Assembly: GCA_031414535.1 (NCBI GenBank)
Contig: JANNVQ010000001.1
Location: 30,744-94,743, forward strand
Direction: 5' to 3'
Length of the DNA: 64,000 nt
From: Gemmatimonas sp.
GTDB lineage: Bacteria; Gemmatimonadota; Gemmatimonadetes; Gemmatimonadales; Gemmatimonadaceae
Shown here: positions 21,249-31,400 of the stretch, piece by piece
How the letters are laid out: each line of letters begins with the position of its first letter
Position numbering within the stretch: the stretch's first letter is position 1
The notes under the pieces: model-generated
The model's database searches: none
What the model was told of the DNA's origin: nothing
Seen by the model: the letters and a program-made list of their open reading frames with translations, nothing else
Position numbers and translations under genes: made by a program

Positions 21249-22814
21249 CTAAAGGGTGGGCGCCCGCCGATGCCTTGTCGCCTGCTCGAATCCGTAACTG
21301 AGCGTGATGAGTTGCCCTTCACTCCACGCGCGCCCAAAGAACGTGACACCCGCCGGCAGGGTATTGCCACGCGTGTAGCCCATCGGAACGGTAATCGCCG
21401 GAAACCCCGTGAGCGGAGAGAAGATCTGGCTGTTATCTCCGTGCGGCGTATTGAGATCACCGATGAGTCGCGGCACGTTGCTCCAGGTGGGATACACCAG
21501 CGCGTCGAGCTGCAGTGAATCCATGAGCGCGGTCACGGCGCTGCGCAGCGCCTCCTTCATGGGAGTGCGGGCACGGCAGCCGGCGAGCGAATCGGGTGGA
21601 AGTGTCACCGCCTGCGCTTGCACGAGGCGGTACTGCGCGCTGGGATGAAACGCACCACTGCTCAGTACTGCCTCAAGGGTACGCACCGGCGCACCATCGC
21701 CGCGCGCTGCGAAGTAGCCTTCAACGTCAGACTTAAAGCGATTGCAGCCGCCGCGCGCGATGGCAAGAATCGAATCGAGCCGCGGGACGAGCGCCGAGTC
21801 AAGCACAATCGCACCGGCGCTGCGCATGTCGTCGAGAGCCTTGGTGAAGACCTCGCGCACTTCCGGGTCGAGGGTCGCGCGGTCATACGCCTGCCGCAAC
21901 ACACCGATGCGCGCACCGCGTAGGCCGCCGGGGACGACGAAGCTGCGATAATCGGCTGCGCGTCGGCCGCGGCTCGCGGACGTAACGGGATCTTCCGCGT
22001 CTTCGCCTGCTATCACTTGGAACAGCGCCACCGCATCGGCAACCGTGCGCGTCATTGGGCCAGCGATGTCCTGCTCGTTGTTCAGGGGCACCACACCGGC
22101 GCGCGAGGTGAGGCCCATCGTTGAGCGAATCCCCACCAGCGCTTGGTGCGCGGAAGGACCGCGGATGGAGTTCCCAGTATCAGTACCGAGCCCAACAGCG
22201 CCCATATTCGCCGCGACGGCCGCAGCGGTACCGCCACTTGAGCCCGCCGTGACGCGGCCCAGCGAATAGGGATTGCGCGTGTACCCCGGCACGATTGAAC
22301 TCACCGTCTCGTAGGGCGAAAAGGCCCACTCGGCGAGATTCGATTTGGCGAGGATAACAGCGCCGGCCGCACGAATGCGCGCGACCTGTGTAGCATCGCG
22401 CATGGGGATCCAACCCTTCAGGGCCAATGAGCCAGCGGTCGTCTGCAGGTCAAAAGTCTCGAAGTTGTCCTTCACGATAGTGGGAATGCAGTGCAAGGCG
22501 CCCAGAGGAGCACCGCGGCGCTGCACGGCATCGAGCGAATCGGCGACGGAGAGTGCCGCATTATTGATGGTGACGATAGCGTTGATGCTAGGGCCACGTT
22601 TATCGAGCGCGTCAATTCGCGCGAGATATTGTTGGACCAAGCCGCGGCAAGTCAATTGGCCACTGACAAACGCCGCGTGGATCTCGGCGATGCTGGCTTC
22701 TTCGAGGCGAAACGGCCCGCGAGCCTGCTGCGCGCCTGAGGGCGCCGCGCTGACAAGAAAGAAGACTGACAGGGTCGCGACTGCGACGACGGAACGGACG
22801 CGGAGTTTTGGCAT
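21249..22814 (-). CDS. Secreted amidase-signature family enzyme, paralogue of 10238..11899
   Basis: LHCIPTIVKDN, AGSSGGT and GTDTGNSIRGPS. Confidence 0.88.
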   Translation of the reverse strand: MPKLRVRSVVAVATLSVFFLVSAAPSGAQQARGPFRLEEASIAEIHAAFVSGQLTCRGLVQQYLARIDALDKRGPSINAIVTINNAALSVADSLDAVQRRGAPLGALHCIPTIVKDNFETFDLQTTAGSLALKGWIPMRDATQVARIRAAGAVILAKSNLAEWAFSPYETVSSIVPGYTRNPYSLGRVTAGSSGGTAAAVAANMGAVGLGTDTGNSIRGPSAHQALVGIRSTMGLTSRAGVVPLNNEQDIAGPMTRTVADAVALFQVIAGEDAEDPVTSASRGRRAADYRSFVVPGGLRGARIGVLRQAYDRATLDPEVREVFTKALDDMRSAGAIVLDSALVPRLDSILAIARGGCNRFKSDVEGYFAARGDGAPVRTLEAVLSSGAFHPSAQYRLVQAQAVTLPPDSLAGCRARTPMKEALRSAVTALMDSLQLDALVYPTWSNVPRLIGDLNTPHGDNSQIFSPLTGFPAITVPMGYTRGNTLPAGVTFFGRAWSEGQLITLSYGFEQATRHRRAPTL

Positions 22815-22835
22815 AAGAGAAGTCTACGTTACGGC

Positions 22836-24428
22836 CTACTGCCGCCGGCACGCAATCGGTCCACTGAGTGTGGACTCCCGCGACGTCGCCGACACACTCA
22901 GGAACTGCACCTGCGCTGGTTCTGTCGGCGCCAGCGTGATGCGGAGCGCCAAATCTCCCTTCGCGCAGCGGAGCTTCCAGCGCCCGCGCAGGGCGTTCTC
23001 CACCACGAACGGCCCCTCGTCGCGACATTCCCCGCCGGCGGCGGCGCGGAGTTGGGAAATCTGCGCCGCGCGTCGATCCGCCGACTCATCGCGGAACAAG
23101 TTCATGGCCGCCAGTGAGTCCGCGAGCGGCGCCGACCACTGCTGCACCAAACGCGTGACCTGCGCGCGCCGCAACTCAAGCACCGGCGATGGCTGCGGCT
23201 CACGCGATTCGAGACCACCGCTGCGCTTGAGAGCTGCAAACGCCTGATCCACGACGGGCGTCCATCCGGTGTAGGTGAGGCTCCCCAACGCGATGATGCC
23301 CACCCCGTGCTCAGGCAGCCAGCGCATAATCGATCCGTACCCTGGCAAGCCGCCCGTGTGCGCGACGATATGCCTTAAGTCGCAGTTCTCGCTCACCCCG
23401 AGCCCGTAGCCGTAGCCGCCCGCACTGAGCGACACGGCGTCCGCGGTGACGTTGGTGAACGCCGCATTGTAGCGGTGTAACTGTTGCATCTCTCGCACCG
23501 AACTGCGCCGCACCGGTCCGCGTTCCTCGCTATCGCGCGCCGGCCACGCGTCGAGCATATACGCGACCCAGCGCGAGAGATCGGCTGGCGTCGTGAGCAT
23601 TCCACCCATGACACCGAACGCGCCGTCGGGAAGCGGCGGCTCAAGCACCCATTCCCCGTCCTGCACGCGATACCCATGGGCTAGTCGCGCCGGATTCACA
23701 TCACCCGACTCCAACGTGGTAGAGTGCATCTGCAACGGCGCAAGGATGCGCTCGCGCAGGTAGCGCGCGTACGGAACGCCGGAGACATTCGTGACGATGC
23801 GGCCGAGTACGGCGAACCCGAAGTTGGAGTACTCGTACGCCGTACCAGGCGCGGTCGAGAACGGGATGCCGCCGCGCATCATCGCGCTGAAGGCCTCTTC
23901 GGTGGCATCAAGCTGTTGATCGCCCCAGGGGTTGTCCTCAGGAAAGCCCGCGGAGTGCGTGAGGAGATGGCGCACGGTAATTTGCGGCGCGTCAGTCGTG
24001 GCGTAGCGAAGCGCACTGAATTCGGGGACGTAGCGCGAGACTGGCTCGTCGAGCGCGAGTTTGCCCTCGTCGCGGAGTTGGAGGATGGCAAGCGCGGCAA
24101 AGCTCTTGCTCATGGACGCGATGCGAAACACCGTTGCCGTATCGACAGGAGCGCCGCTACGCGTCTCGCGGATGCCGCCTGCCACCACGTGCGCGAGTTG
24201 CCCATCGATGATGATGCCGTAGGCGTAGCCGGGAACGCGGCGCGACGCGGCAAAGCCGGCGACGAGGGAATCGATGACCGGGAAGGCCGCGCGTAGCTTC
24301 GCGACTCGTTGCGAATCGGCGAAACGCGGCGGTGGTGCGATGGAGCTCAGTGGGCCCTGCGCTTGCGCCCCGCCAAGTGCGGGGACGAGCGCCAGCAGCA
24401 ACAAGCTACGCGAGAGGCCAGTGAGCAT
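22836..24428 (-). CDS. Serine hydrolase, beta-lactamase-like family
   Basis: FRIASMSK, LLTHSAG, YEYSN and HTGGLPG; signal peptide. Confidence 0.87.
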   Translation of the reverse strand: MLTGLSRSLLLLALVPALGGAQAQGPLSSIAPPPRFADSQRVAKLRAAFPVIDSLVAGFAASRRVPGYAYGIIIDGQLAHVVAGGIRETRSGAPVDTATVFRIASMSKSFAALAILQLRDEGKLALDEPVSRYVPEFSALRYATTDAPQITVRHLLTHSAGFPEDNPWGDQQLDATEEAFSAMMRGGIPFSTAPGTAYEYSNFGFAVLGRIVTNVSGVPYARYLRERILAPLQMHSTTLESGDVNPARLAHGYRVQDGEWVLEPPLPDGAFGVMGGMLTTPADLSRWVAYMLDAWPARDSEERGPVRRSSVREMQQLHRYNAAFTNVTADAVSLSAGGYGYGLGVSENCDLRHIVAHTGGLPGYGSIMRWLPEHGVGIIALGSLTYTGWTPVVDQAFAALKRSGGLESREPQPSPVLELRRAQVTRLVQQWSAPLADSLAAMNLFRDESADRRAAQISQLRAAAGGECRDEGPFVVENALRGRWKLRCAKGDLALRITLAPTEPAQVQFLSVSATSRESTLSGPIACRRQ

Positions 24429-24463
24429 TTTAGTGCGTCTCCGGTGTACGGGTGATAAGTACT

Positions 24464-25627
24464 TCAGCGCGAACTTCTCCACGCCGCCAACACCTCCGCC
24501 TCCTTCGCCGCCGCAATTCCCGCGAGCGCCCCGTTCGCCAGAGCCTCCTGTTCCGCTACCGGCCGCGTCTTGTGCCAGTCGAGCGTGTCCTTGGCCGTGA
24601 CGGCGAGTGGCCGGAAGCTCAGACCCGCCGCGACCGCGCGCGCATTGCTACGCCGCATGAATCCGGCTGTCGCGCCCTCGGGAGGCAACCACACCGGCAT
24701 GTGCCGCCAACCCTGCACTTCTTGCGTGCGCAGGAAGTCCGCTGGCACCCACGTGAACTGCGCGCCGCTGCTGGTCACGGCCTTGATGCCCGCGAGCATC
24801 TCACCCATAGTGAGTGGCGCCGCCGGCCCGCAAGCATTGAAAGTGCCAAGCACACGGCGTTCGGCGAGTCGAATCATCCACTCGGCTAAGTCACGTGCAT
24901 CAATGATTTGCGTAGGATCGTTGGGCGTACCAGGTGCAAGCACTTCACCACCGCGATCAATACGCACTGGCCAATAAGTAAAACGGTCGGAGCGGTCCAG
25001 TGGCCCGACAATGAGGCCAGGCCGGATGATTGTGCAGCGGTCTCCATAGTGCTGCTGCACCTCGCGCTCGGCGGCAGTCTTGAGCGCCCCGTAATGGCGA
25101 CGCGCGTCGTCCATTGACGTTGTGTGGGCGTCGAGCCCCGCTGGCAATGGTGTCACGCCATCGGACTCATCGCGCCCGGGCACGCTGTTGTCGGGATACA
25201 CCGACATCGTAGAGATGAACAGGTAGTGCTTGGTGTGGCCGGCGAGGTGCTGGGCCGCGTTGCGCACCCAGAACGGCAAGGTGGTGGGGTTATCAATCAC
25301 CACATCAAAAGATTTGCCGGCAAGCGCCGAGACGTCGCCGCTTAAGTCGCCGATAAGTTGCTCAACGCGTCCCTTGAAGAAATCGGGGCGCGTGCGATTG
25401 CGATTGAACAGTGTGACGCGATGTCCACGTGCGGTGGCGTATTCCACCTGCTCAGGGCCCGTGAAGCCAGTCCCACCCAAGATGAGAATGTCGAGTGGTG
25501 CGGCGGCGCGTTCGACGCGACGCTCGCGCGGATGGGGCTCGAGCGCGGTGACCAGCGACGGCAATGCCGTCAAGCCAAGCGCAGTGACGGCAGACTGGCT
25601 GAGGAAATCGCGACGAGAATTCGTCAT
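24464..25627 (-). CDS. Tat-exported NAD-dependent epimerase/dehydratase family protein
   Basis: Twin-arginine motif SRRDFL; LILGGTGFTG, YGALK and IRPGLIVGP. Confidence 0.85.
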   Translation of the reverse strand: MTNSRRDFLSQSAVTALGLTALPSLVTALEPHPRERRVERAAAPLDILILGGTGFTGPEQVEYATARGHRVTLFNRNRTRPDFFKGRVEQLIGDLSGDVSALAGKSFDVVIDNPTTLPFWVRNAAQHLAGHTKHYLFISTMSVYPDNSVPGRDESDGVTPLPAGLDAHTTSMDDARRHYGALKTAAEREVQQHYGDRCTIIRPGLIVGPLDRSDRFTYWPVRIDRGGEVLAPGTPNDPTQIIDARDLAEWMIRLAERRVLGTFNACGPAAPLTMGEMLAGIKAVTSSGAQFTWVPADFLRTQEVQGWRHMPVWLPPEGATAGFMRRSNARAVAAGLSFRPLAVTAKDTLDWHKTRPVAEQEALANGALAGIAAAKEAEVLAAWRSSR

Positions 25628-25635
25628 CTAGGCCC

Positions 25636-26628
25636 CTAGTGGCGGAGTAGGAATGATACGCCGTCCAACTGGCGCAGTACCGCTGGTGGCACGGCAATGC
25701 CGAGGTGCTGGAGGATTGACGGCGCGATGTCCACGATAGCCGCGTTACCACGCGTGAAGCGTTCGGTGAGCGCAGGGCGGTTCGTCACCATCCAAGTGGT
25801 ACGCTCGCGATCGGACTGGCCACCGTGACCCTTTCCGGTCGCCGCATCGCGCCCATGATCGGTGGTCACGACAATCATCCAGTCTTCGCCTTGGGCTTGC
25901 CGCCGCTGCACGGCCGTCCAGATACGGCCAATCATCGCGTCAGCCTTTTGCACGGCATCGAAGAAGGGCTCGCCGTCACCGTTCGCGTGCCCAGCATCAT
26001 CGGTGTGCTGCAGATACACCCACGTGAGATCTGGCCCTATAGCGGCGATGTGCGCTGCGGCCTCGGCGCTCACGCGCTCGTCAATGGCTAGGATGTAGGC
26101 CTTCGCGCGGTCGTGTGGGTATGCGATGGTGTCGAGCTCGAGGCCATCGGCGACATGGTCTATCTGGAAGTCACCAGCGCTCGGACGCCCGAGGCCGATA
26201 AGCACGGTGCGGTTGTCAGTCCACGTGGAGAACAGCGCCGTGCGGCGCGCGGGCTCAGCCGTCTCGACAATTCGAAAGAGATTCCAGTAGTCGTAGTTGG
26301 GCGACTGATTGCTGTTCCCGCGAACGTTGTGCTTGTTGCCCCACGTACCGGTGAGCAGACTCATGTAGCCGGGCGCGGAGATCGTGGGCGTCTGGGTCGG
26401 CCCACCGCGCTCACCGCCGACGTGCGCACGCGCGTAGCCGCCCGCAGCGGCAATTGCATCGAGCGCCGGGGTGTGCACGCGCTCAATCACATCAGCCGGG
26501 ATGCCATCGAGCAGGATGAATACCGCTTTCCGCGCCGGTTGCGCTTGAGCGACGAGCGGAGCATTGAGCGACGGGCCCGCTGCGACGAACAGCGTGATGG
26601 CGAGGAGAAGCTCAGGGCTGCGCATCAA
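25636..26628 (-). CDS. Secreted alkaline phosphatase / nucleotide pyrophosphatase superfamily protein
   Basis: FILLDGI, TISAPG, DDAGH, TTDHG and GHGG; signal peptide. Confidence 0.8.
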   Translation of the reverse strand: MMRSPELLLAITLFVAAGPSLNAPLVAQAQPARKAVFILLDGIPADVIERVHTPALDAIAAAGGYARAHVGGERGGPTQTPTISAPGYMSLLTGTWGNKHNVRGNSNQSPNYDYWNLFRIVETAEPARRTALFSTWTDNRTVLIGLGRPSAGDFQIDHVADGLELDTIAYPHDRAKAYILAIDERVSAEAAAHIAAIGPDLTWVYLQHTDDAGHANGDGEPFFDAVQKADAMIGRIWTAVQRRQAQGEDWMIVVTTDHGRDAATGKGHGGQSDRERTTWMVTNRPALTERFTRGNAAIVDIAPSILQHLGIAVPPAVLRQLDGVSFLLRH

Positions 26629-27799
26629 TCAACTCGCGCACCTGGGCATAGAAGACTTCGCGCGCGGCAGGCTGGGGGCCAAGAGTCGCGCGCGGCCAAT
26701 TAGAGTGGCTCGCGATGACGAGCTTGCGCGCCGGATCAATTAAAATCCCCTGCCCGAAGATGCCTTGCGCGGACACTGCGCCGTCGTCGTATGTCCACCA
26801 CTGCAAGCCGTAGCCGCGGCCTGGCTCCCCAATGTCCTTGTGTTTGACGATGGCCTCGGCGAACCAAGTCTCCGGCACAATCTGCTTGCCGCCAACATTG
26901 CCGTTTGCGAGTACAAACAGGCCCAAGCGCGCGAGGTCGCGCGTGCCGGTCTGCATGCAGCAGCCAGCGATCTCGTGCCCCGTGCTGCCGAGAAGCCAAG
27001 TCGCTTCGGCTTCCATGCCAGCCGGATGCCAGATCTTCTCCTGCAAGTACTGCGAGAGGGACTTCCCTGTTGCCGACGACACCAGCACGCCAATCAGGTT
27101 GGTCTCGCCCGTGTTGTAGTTCCACACTTCGCCCGCGGGGTGCGCGCGCGGCAAGCGACGTAGGTAACTGACCGTTGCGTCCACTCCATCGTCGGGCTTC
27201 GCATTGTTGAACTGCGCGACATCGGCATTGGGGTCCTCGTAATCCTCGTTCCAGCGCACGCCGGAGCTCATCGTCAGCAATTGACGGATGGTGACTTGAT
27301 CGTAGGCGGAGCCGCGCAGGTCGGGGATGTAGCGACTGACCGTGTCGTCGAGGCTCGTGATGGCGCCGTCTTGAATGGCCGCGCCAACGAGCGTGGACGT
27401 GAAGGACTTGGCCACCGAAAAACTCGTCCAGCGGCCACTGGCATCGAAGTCGAGCCCGTAGCGCTCGAAGCGAACCTTGCCGTCCTGAATGATGACCAGC
27501 CCGGCCGTCCGTTGGTCGGCCATGTACGCGTCAATGCCGGGAATCTCCAACGGCTCGCCCACGGGGAGCGGCGAGGGCGTTGGCGAGGGTGTGATGCGCG
27601 CAGCCTTTGCGAGCACCGGGAGGCGATCAAGCGCACGGAAGGCGGCATCACGCTGGCTTTGGGTCCAACTGAGGACGTCGCGGTCAGTCGGAACAGCCGC
27701 GAGCAGGCCGCGCGTCTCCTTGTCGAGACTGGCGAAGAGGAGTGCTCCGCCGAGTGCTATGGCGCTGACGGCGGCGATGGCGAGCGTACGAATGCGCAT
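26612..27799 (-). CDS. Serine hydrolase, 6-aminohexanoate-dimer hydrolase-like
   Basis: SFSVAKS, LLTMSSG, WNYNTGET, YGLQWW and GIFGQ; start moved to the ATG at 27799. Confidence 0.85.
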   Translation of the reverse strand: MRIRTLAIAAVSAIALGGALLFASLDKETRGLLAAVPTDRDVLSWTQSQRDAAFRALDRLPVLAKAARITPSPTPSPLPVGEPLEIPGIDAYMADQRTAGLVIIQDGKVRFERYGLDFDASGRWTSFSVAKSFTSTLVGAAIQDGAITSLDDTVSRYIPDLRGSAYDQVTIRQLLTMSSGVRWNEDYEDPNADVAQFNNAKPDDGVDATVSYLRRLPRAHPAGEVWNYNTGETNLIGVLVSSATGKSLSQYLQEKIWHPAGMEAEATWLLGSTGHEIAGCCMQTGTRDLARLGLFVLANGNVGGKQIVPETWFAEAIVKHKDIGEPGRGYGLQWWTYDDGAVSAQGIFGQGILIDPARKLVIASHSNWPRATLGPQPAAREVFYAQVRELIDAQP

Positions 27800-27949
27800 G
27801 GTGGGGTCCAAGCGAGGAGGTCCTGTCAAGCGCCTTGGGCGGCGGCGCTCCTCCGGATAATATGCGTCACTGAGCTCTCGCGGGTGTCCATATTTAGAGA
27901 GTGAGTTACACCCCCAGCATCGCCACCCAGTCGCGAGGAGATCTCGTTC

Positions 27950-28672
27950 GTGCTCGACACCACCTTTGAGGATCGCCTCCGTACCACGCTGGCCCGTGTG
28001 GACATTCCCGAGACAATCGCAGCGTATCGCGCGCAGGGTGAGGCAATTTGGATTGCCAACCTGCTCGGCCCCGAGCTGATGAGCCCGCTGCTCAGTGAGA
28101 TGGAGAGCGTGCGCGCGCTGGTGCACCGCAACTACGTACCGACGCAGAAGAAGGGCGGCAGTGTCAGTTACTTCCTGCTGCGCGAGCACGCACCGCAACT
28201 CGTGGCGCTGTACAAGCATCCCGCCCTCATTCGCCTGCTGGAACAGATCACAGGCGAGCAGCTCATGGTGTGCCCCGAGGATGATCCCCACGCCTGCGCC
28301 CTCTACTACTACACAGAGGAAGGCGACCACATTGGGTGGCACTACGACACGTCCTTCTACAAAGGCAAACGGTTCACCGTACTCATTGGCCTCGCGGACC
28401 GCTCCTCGAGCCGGCTACTGTGCCGCCTGAATACCAAGACGCCGGGACGTGAGCCCACAGACTTGGCCCTCGCCACCTCGCCGGGCATGCTCGTCGCCTT
28501 CAATGGCGACACCCTCTGGCACGCCGTCTCGCCACTAGGCGCCGGTGAGGAGCGTATCTCCCTGTCGCTGGAGTACGTCACCGATCAGAGCATGTCGCGG
28601 TGGGGACGCATGATCTCCAACGTGAAGGATGCCGTCGCCTATTTCGGGATTCGTGGGATTCTGCGTCGCTAA
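27950..28672 (+). CDS. 2OG-Fe(II) oxygenase
   Basis: GWHYD (HxD), distal WHAV and R-x-S in ERISLS; GAGGAG ribosome-binding site upstream of the GTG start. Confidence 0.82.
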   Translation: MLDTTFEDRLRTTLARVDIPETIAAYRAQGEAIWIANLLGPELMSPLLSEMESVRALVHRNYVPTQKKGGSVSYFLLREHAPQLVALYKHPALIRLLEQITGEQLMVCPEDDPHACALYYYTEEGDHIGWHYDTSFYKGKRFTVLIGLADRSSSRLLCRLNTKTPGREPTDLALATSPGMLVAFNGDTLWHAVSPLGAGEERISLSLEYVTDQSMSRWGRMISNVKDAVAYFGIRGILRR

Positions 28673-28724
28673 CGCGGTCGCGGGGTTCGCCTATTTGCGC
28701 TGTTCCGTCACTAGTTTCCATAAG

Positions 28725-29393
28725 ATGTGGCGAATTCTCGCTCTCATCCCTTTCGCGCTCGGTGCCCAGCAGATCTCGAGGCCTCCGAGTCCGGCTCATG
28801 CAGAACTCGTGATCGTGCAGGCTGCCATCGCCGATGCGTTCATCGCGGCGGCCAGCGATTCCGTTAACGGCCATATCGAGCGCGCCATTACGCACGCGAG
28901 GCGTGCCGTGGCCCTCGCGCCCCGCGACGCCGACGCGCACTACTGGCTGGCGGCTGCACTGGGGCGGCGCGCGCTCCGTACTGAGTACCGCACGGCACTA
29001 CGCGCTGCGACGGAGTCGTACCGCGAAGCCAATCAGGCCCTGCAGCTCGATTCATTGCACGCCGGTGCGCACGCCGTGGTCGGCCGGTTCAATGAAGAGC
29101 TATCGCGATTCTCGAGGCCCATGCGAATGGTCTTGTCAGCCGTGAGCGGCGAGGAAGACCTGAAGCGCGTGTCCCTCGCGGTCGCGGAACGCCAGTATCG
29201 CAAGGCCATCACACTCGATCCGCGCGCCGTGCTGTTCCGTAACGACTACGGTCGCTTCTTGGTGGGTGTCGGCCGGCTCGCAGAAGCGGCCGAGCAGTCG
29301 CGGGTTGCGCGAACATTGCCGGACCGCATGCCGGCCGACCAATGGCTCCGCGATGATCTTGCCGCGCGGATTGCTCGGGCAAGCGGCAAGTGA
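28725..29393 (+). CDS. Exported TPR-like protein
   Basis: Signal peptide; repeated helical motifs AVALAPRDADAHYWLA, ALQLD...AHA and AITLDP. Confidence 0.7.
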   Translation: MWRILALIPFALGAQQISRPPSPAHAELVIVQAAIADAFIAAASDSVNGHIERAITHARRAVALAPRDADAHYWLAAALGRRALRTEYRTALRAATESYREANQALQLDSLHAGAHAVVGRFNEELSRFSRPMRMVLSAVSGEEDLKRVSLAVAERQYRKAITLDPRAVLFRNDYGRFLVGVGRLAEAAEQSRVARTLPDRMPADQWLRDDLAARIARASGK

Positions 29394-31393
29394 GCGAAGC
29401 CAGAGCGCGGGCTGTGTCCGCGTGGTTCTGGCAACTCGGCGCGGCGACGCTGCGCGGTGTTGCCATTGCCGGCCTGGTGCTCGGTACGGCCGTCGCGGCC
29501 TTACTCTCGGTGGACCGCATCAATCGGCCCGCGCCTGCCGCCGATCTCGGCATCGCCTCGGTAGATCGCAGCGCTCGGCATCGCCGACTGCTCATCTTGC
29601 ACGTGGACAGTTGGCGCGACAGCAGCGCCCGCGACAGCACGCTGTTTCCCTTGACGGCGCAGCTACGTCGGCAGGGCGCATCGGGGACACTGCAGGGCGT
29701 GTACGAGGGGTTCACCATCCCAGCGGTGCGCGCCGCGTTCACCGGGGTTGCCGAGACGCAGTTGGTGAATCTCCTCCAAAACTTCCACTTCACGGCGCTT
29801 CCGCTTTCGTCCGTCTTTCGCGATGCGCAGCGCGTTGGTCGCCGCACCCTGGTGGTGGCGCGTGAACCCTTCGTGCAGTTTGGGCCTGTACTGAAGATTC
29901 GCTACGACAGCATGCCTGGGCAGGACATGTACGCCACCGACGCTCTGCGACCGCAGATTGCGCTCGATGCGTATGCCGAGGGGTATGATGTCGTGGTCTG
30001 TCAGTGGGAGACGTTCGACTGGGTCGCGCATGAAGATGGCGTGAGCACGTTGCGCTATCGCGTCGCCGCGCGACAGGCCGATTCCGTCATCGCCGCCTTC
30101 GCCGCTGCGCGCGCGCCCGAAGACTACCTCTTGGTCTACGGCGACCATGGCCATACGTGGACCGGTGAGCACAAGACTGGGTACGACATTCCGGCCTTCG
30201 TGTTGCTGCTAGGGCCCGACGTGACTGCCGGCGCCGATATCGGCGAGCTCGCCATCACCAACCTGCGGTACCTCGCCAGCCACGCACTCGGCATCACACT
30301 GCGGGGCGCACCCTACGATCTCGCGGCCATTCGGCGCGCTATTCCCATCCGCGGTGAGGCAACGGCTGGTGCGCTAACCGCGACGGACAACGCGACGGGT
30401 GCTGCGAATAACCAGCCGAGCGACAACGCTTCCACCGGACTGAGCGACCGCCCGATGGATTACGTGATTGCCCTCGTCGTCTTTCTTGCCGTTGCCGCCG
30501 TCGCTGCCCTCTGCCTCCGACTCCTCGCCACCCCGTCGTACGCAGTGAGCACGCTACTGCCACCGCTACTCTTGCTCGCCGCAGCGATGCTCCTCACGCC
30601 AAGCATCCCACCCGTGGATGCTTGGCTTCGCCCCGCGGGAGAACTTTGGGTGGTAGTGCTGTACGCCGTGGCGGTGCTAGCGAAGCTCGTGCTCTTCCTG
30701 CGCCGAGCCGACGGGCGTTGGCTCGCGGCAATCATCGCGACCGCCGCCGTGGCGATGTCCGAGTTCTGGAATGTGGTATTCGATCAGCCGCTGGTGATGA
30801 GCGCGTTAATTCTCGCAGCACTCATCGCGTCGTTCGTCCCACGCCAAACGGCGCACAGGGACCTCGCACGCATCGCGCTCCTACAGCTTCTTGTGTATGC
30901 GACGCTCCGAGTGCCACTCTACCTCTTCGCGTGGCTGGACCTCGTACTGTTGGCCGCGTTTCTGATCGCGAAGCATCCACAACTCGTCGCACGACCGGCG
31001 CTGCGCGATGCACTCATCGTACTCACGGCCTATTCGTGCACAATTGGGTGGGTGCCGGGCGGACTGGAGTGGGGCTTCCTCTACAAAGTGTTTCCGGCGC
31101 ACCTCGTGGAACTTGAAGTCCAGCGATTCCTTCCGTTGATTTTGGCCAAGATTCCGCTGGTCTTCGTGCTATTTCTCGTCGTGGCCCGTCGCAGGCCCGA
31201 CCGCGCCCTCGCGCAGGTCGCGATGTTGATGGTGGCGCTGAGGCTCGCCGCGGTATGGACCTTGAGCCTGGCCGGCGCGCCGACGGTGCAACTGTGGCCC
31301 CTCGCGGAGCACGGGGCTTACCTCGCCACCTTCGTCGTGGCCGTGGTCGCTTGGGGATGGCAGCTTCGCTCTGCCGCAAATCGTGTCGGTTAG
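29390..31393 (+). CDS. Membrane AlkP-superfamily transferase resembling GPI ethanolamine-phosphate transferases (PIG-O/PIG-G)
   Basis: One N-terminal TM; soluble domain with LHVDSWR, FTIPAVRAAFTG, FDWVAH, VYGDHG and GEH; long multi-TM C-terminus. Confidence 0.7.
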   Translation: MSEARARAVSAWFWQLGAATLRGVAIAGLVLGTAVAALLSVDRINRPAPAADLGIASVDRSARHRRLLILHVDSWRDSSARDSTLFPLTAQLRRQGASGTLQGVYEGFTIPAVRAAFTGVAETQLVNLLQNFHFTALPLSSVFRDAQRVGRRTLVVAREPFVQFGPVLKIRYDSMPGQDMYATDALRPQIALDAYAEGYDVVVCQWETFDWVAHEDGVSTLRYRVAARQADSVIAAFAAARAPEDYLLVYGDHGHTWTGEHKTGYDIPAFVLLLGPDVTAGADIGELAITNLRYLASHALGITLRGAPYDLAAIRRAIPIRGEATAGALTATDNATGAANNQPSDNASTGLSDRPMDYVIALVVFLAVAAVAALCLRLLATPSYAVSTLLPPLLLLAAAMLLTPSIPPVDAWLRPAGELWVVVLYAVAVLAKLVLFLRRADGRWLAAIIATAAVAMSEFWNVVFDQPLVMSALILAALIASFVPRQTAHRDLARIALLQLLVYATLRVPLYLFAWLDLVLLAAFLIAKHPQLVARPALRDALIVLTAYSCTIGWVPGGLEWGFLYKVFPAHLVELEVQRFLPLILAKIPLVFVLFLVVARRRPDRALAQVAMLMVALRLAAVWTLSLAGAPTVQLWPLAEHGAYLATFVVAVVAWGWQLRSAANRVG

Positions 31394-31400
31394 GACGCCG

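Noticed and set aside
19951..27799. Beta-lactam resistance genes
   Set aside because: These are generic SxxK serine hydrolases; nothing in the sequence supports true beta-lactamase activity
27800..28342. N-terminal extension of the serine hydrolase ORF 26612..28342
   Set aside because: It is antisense to the oxygenase; a signal-peptide start exists at 27799
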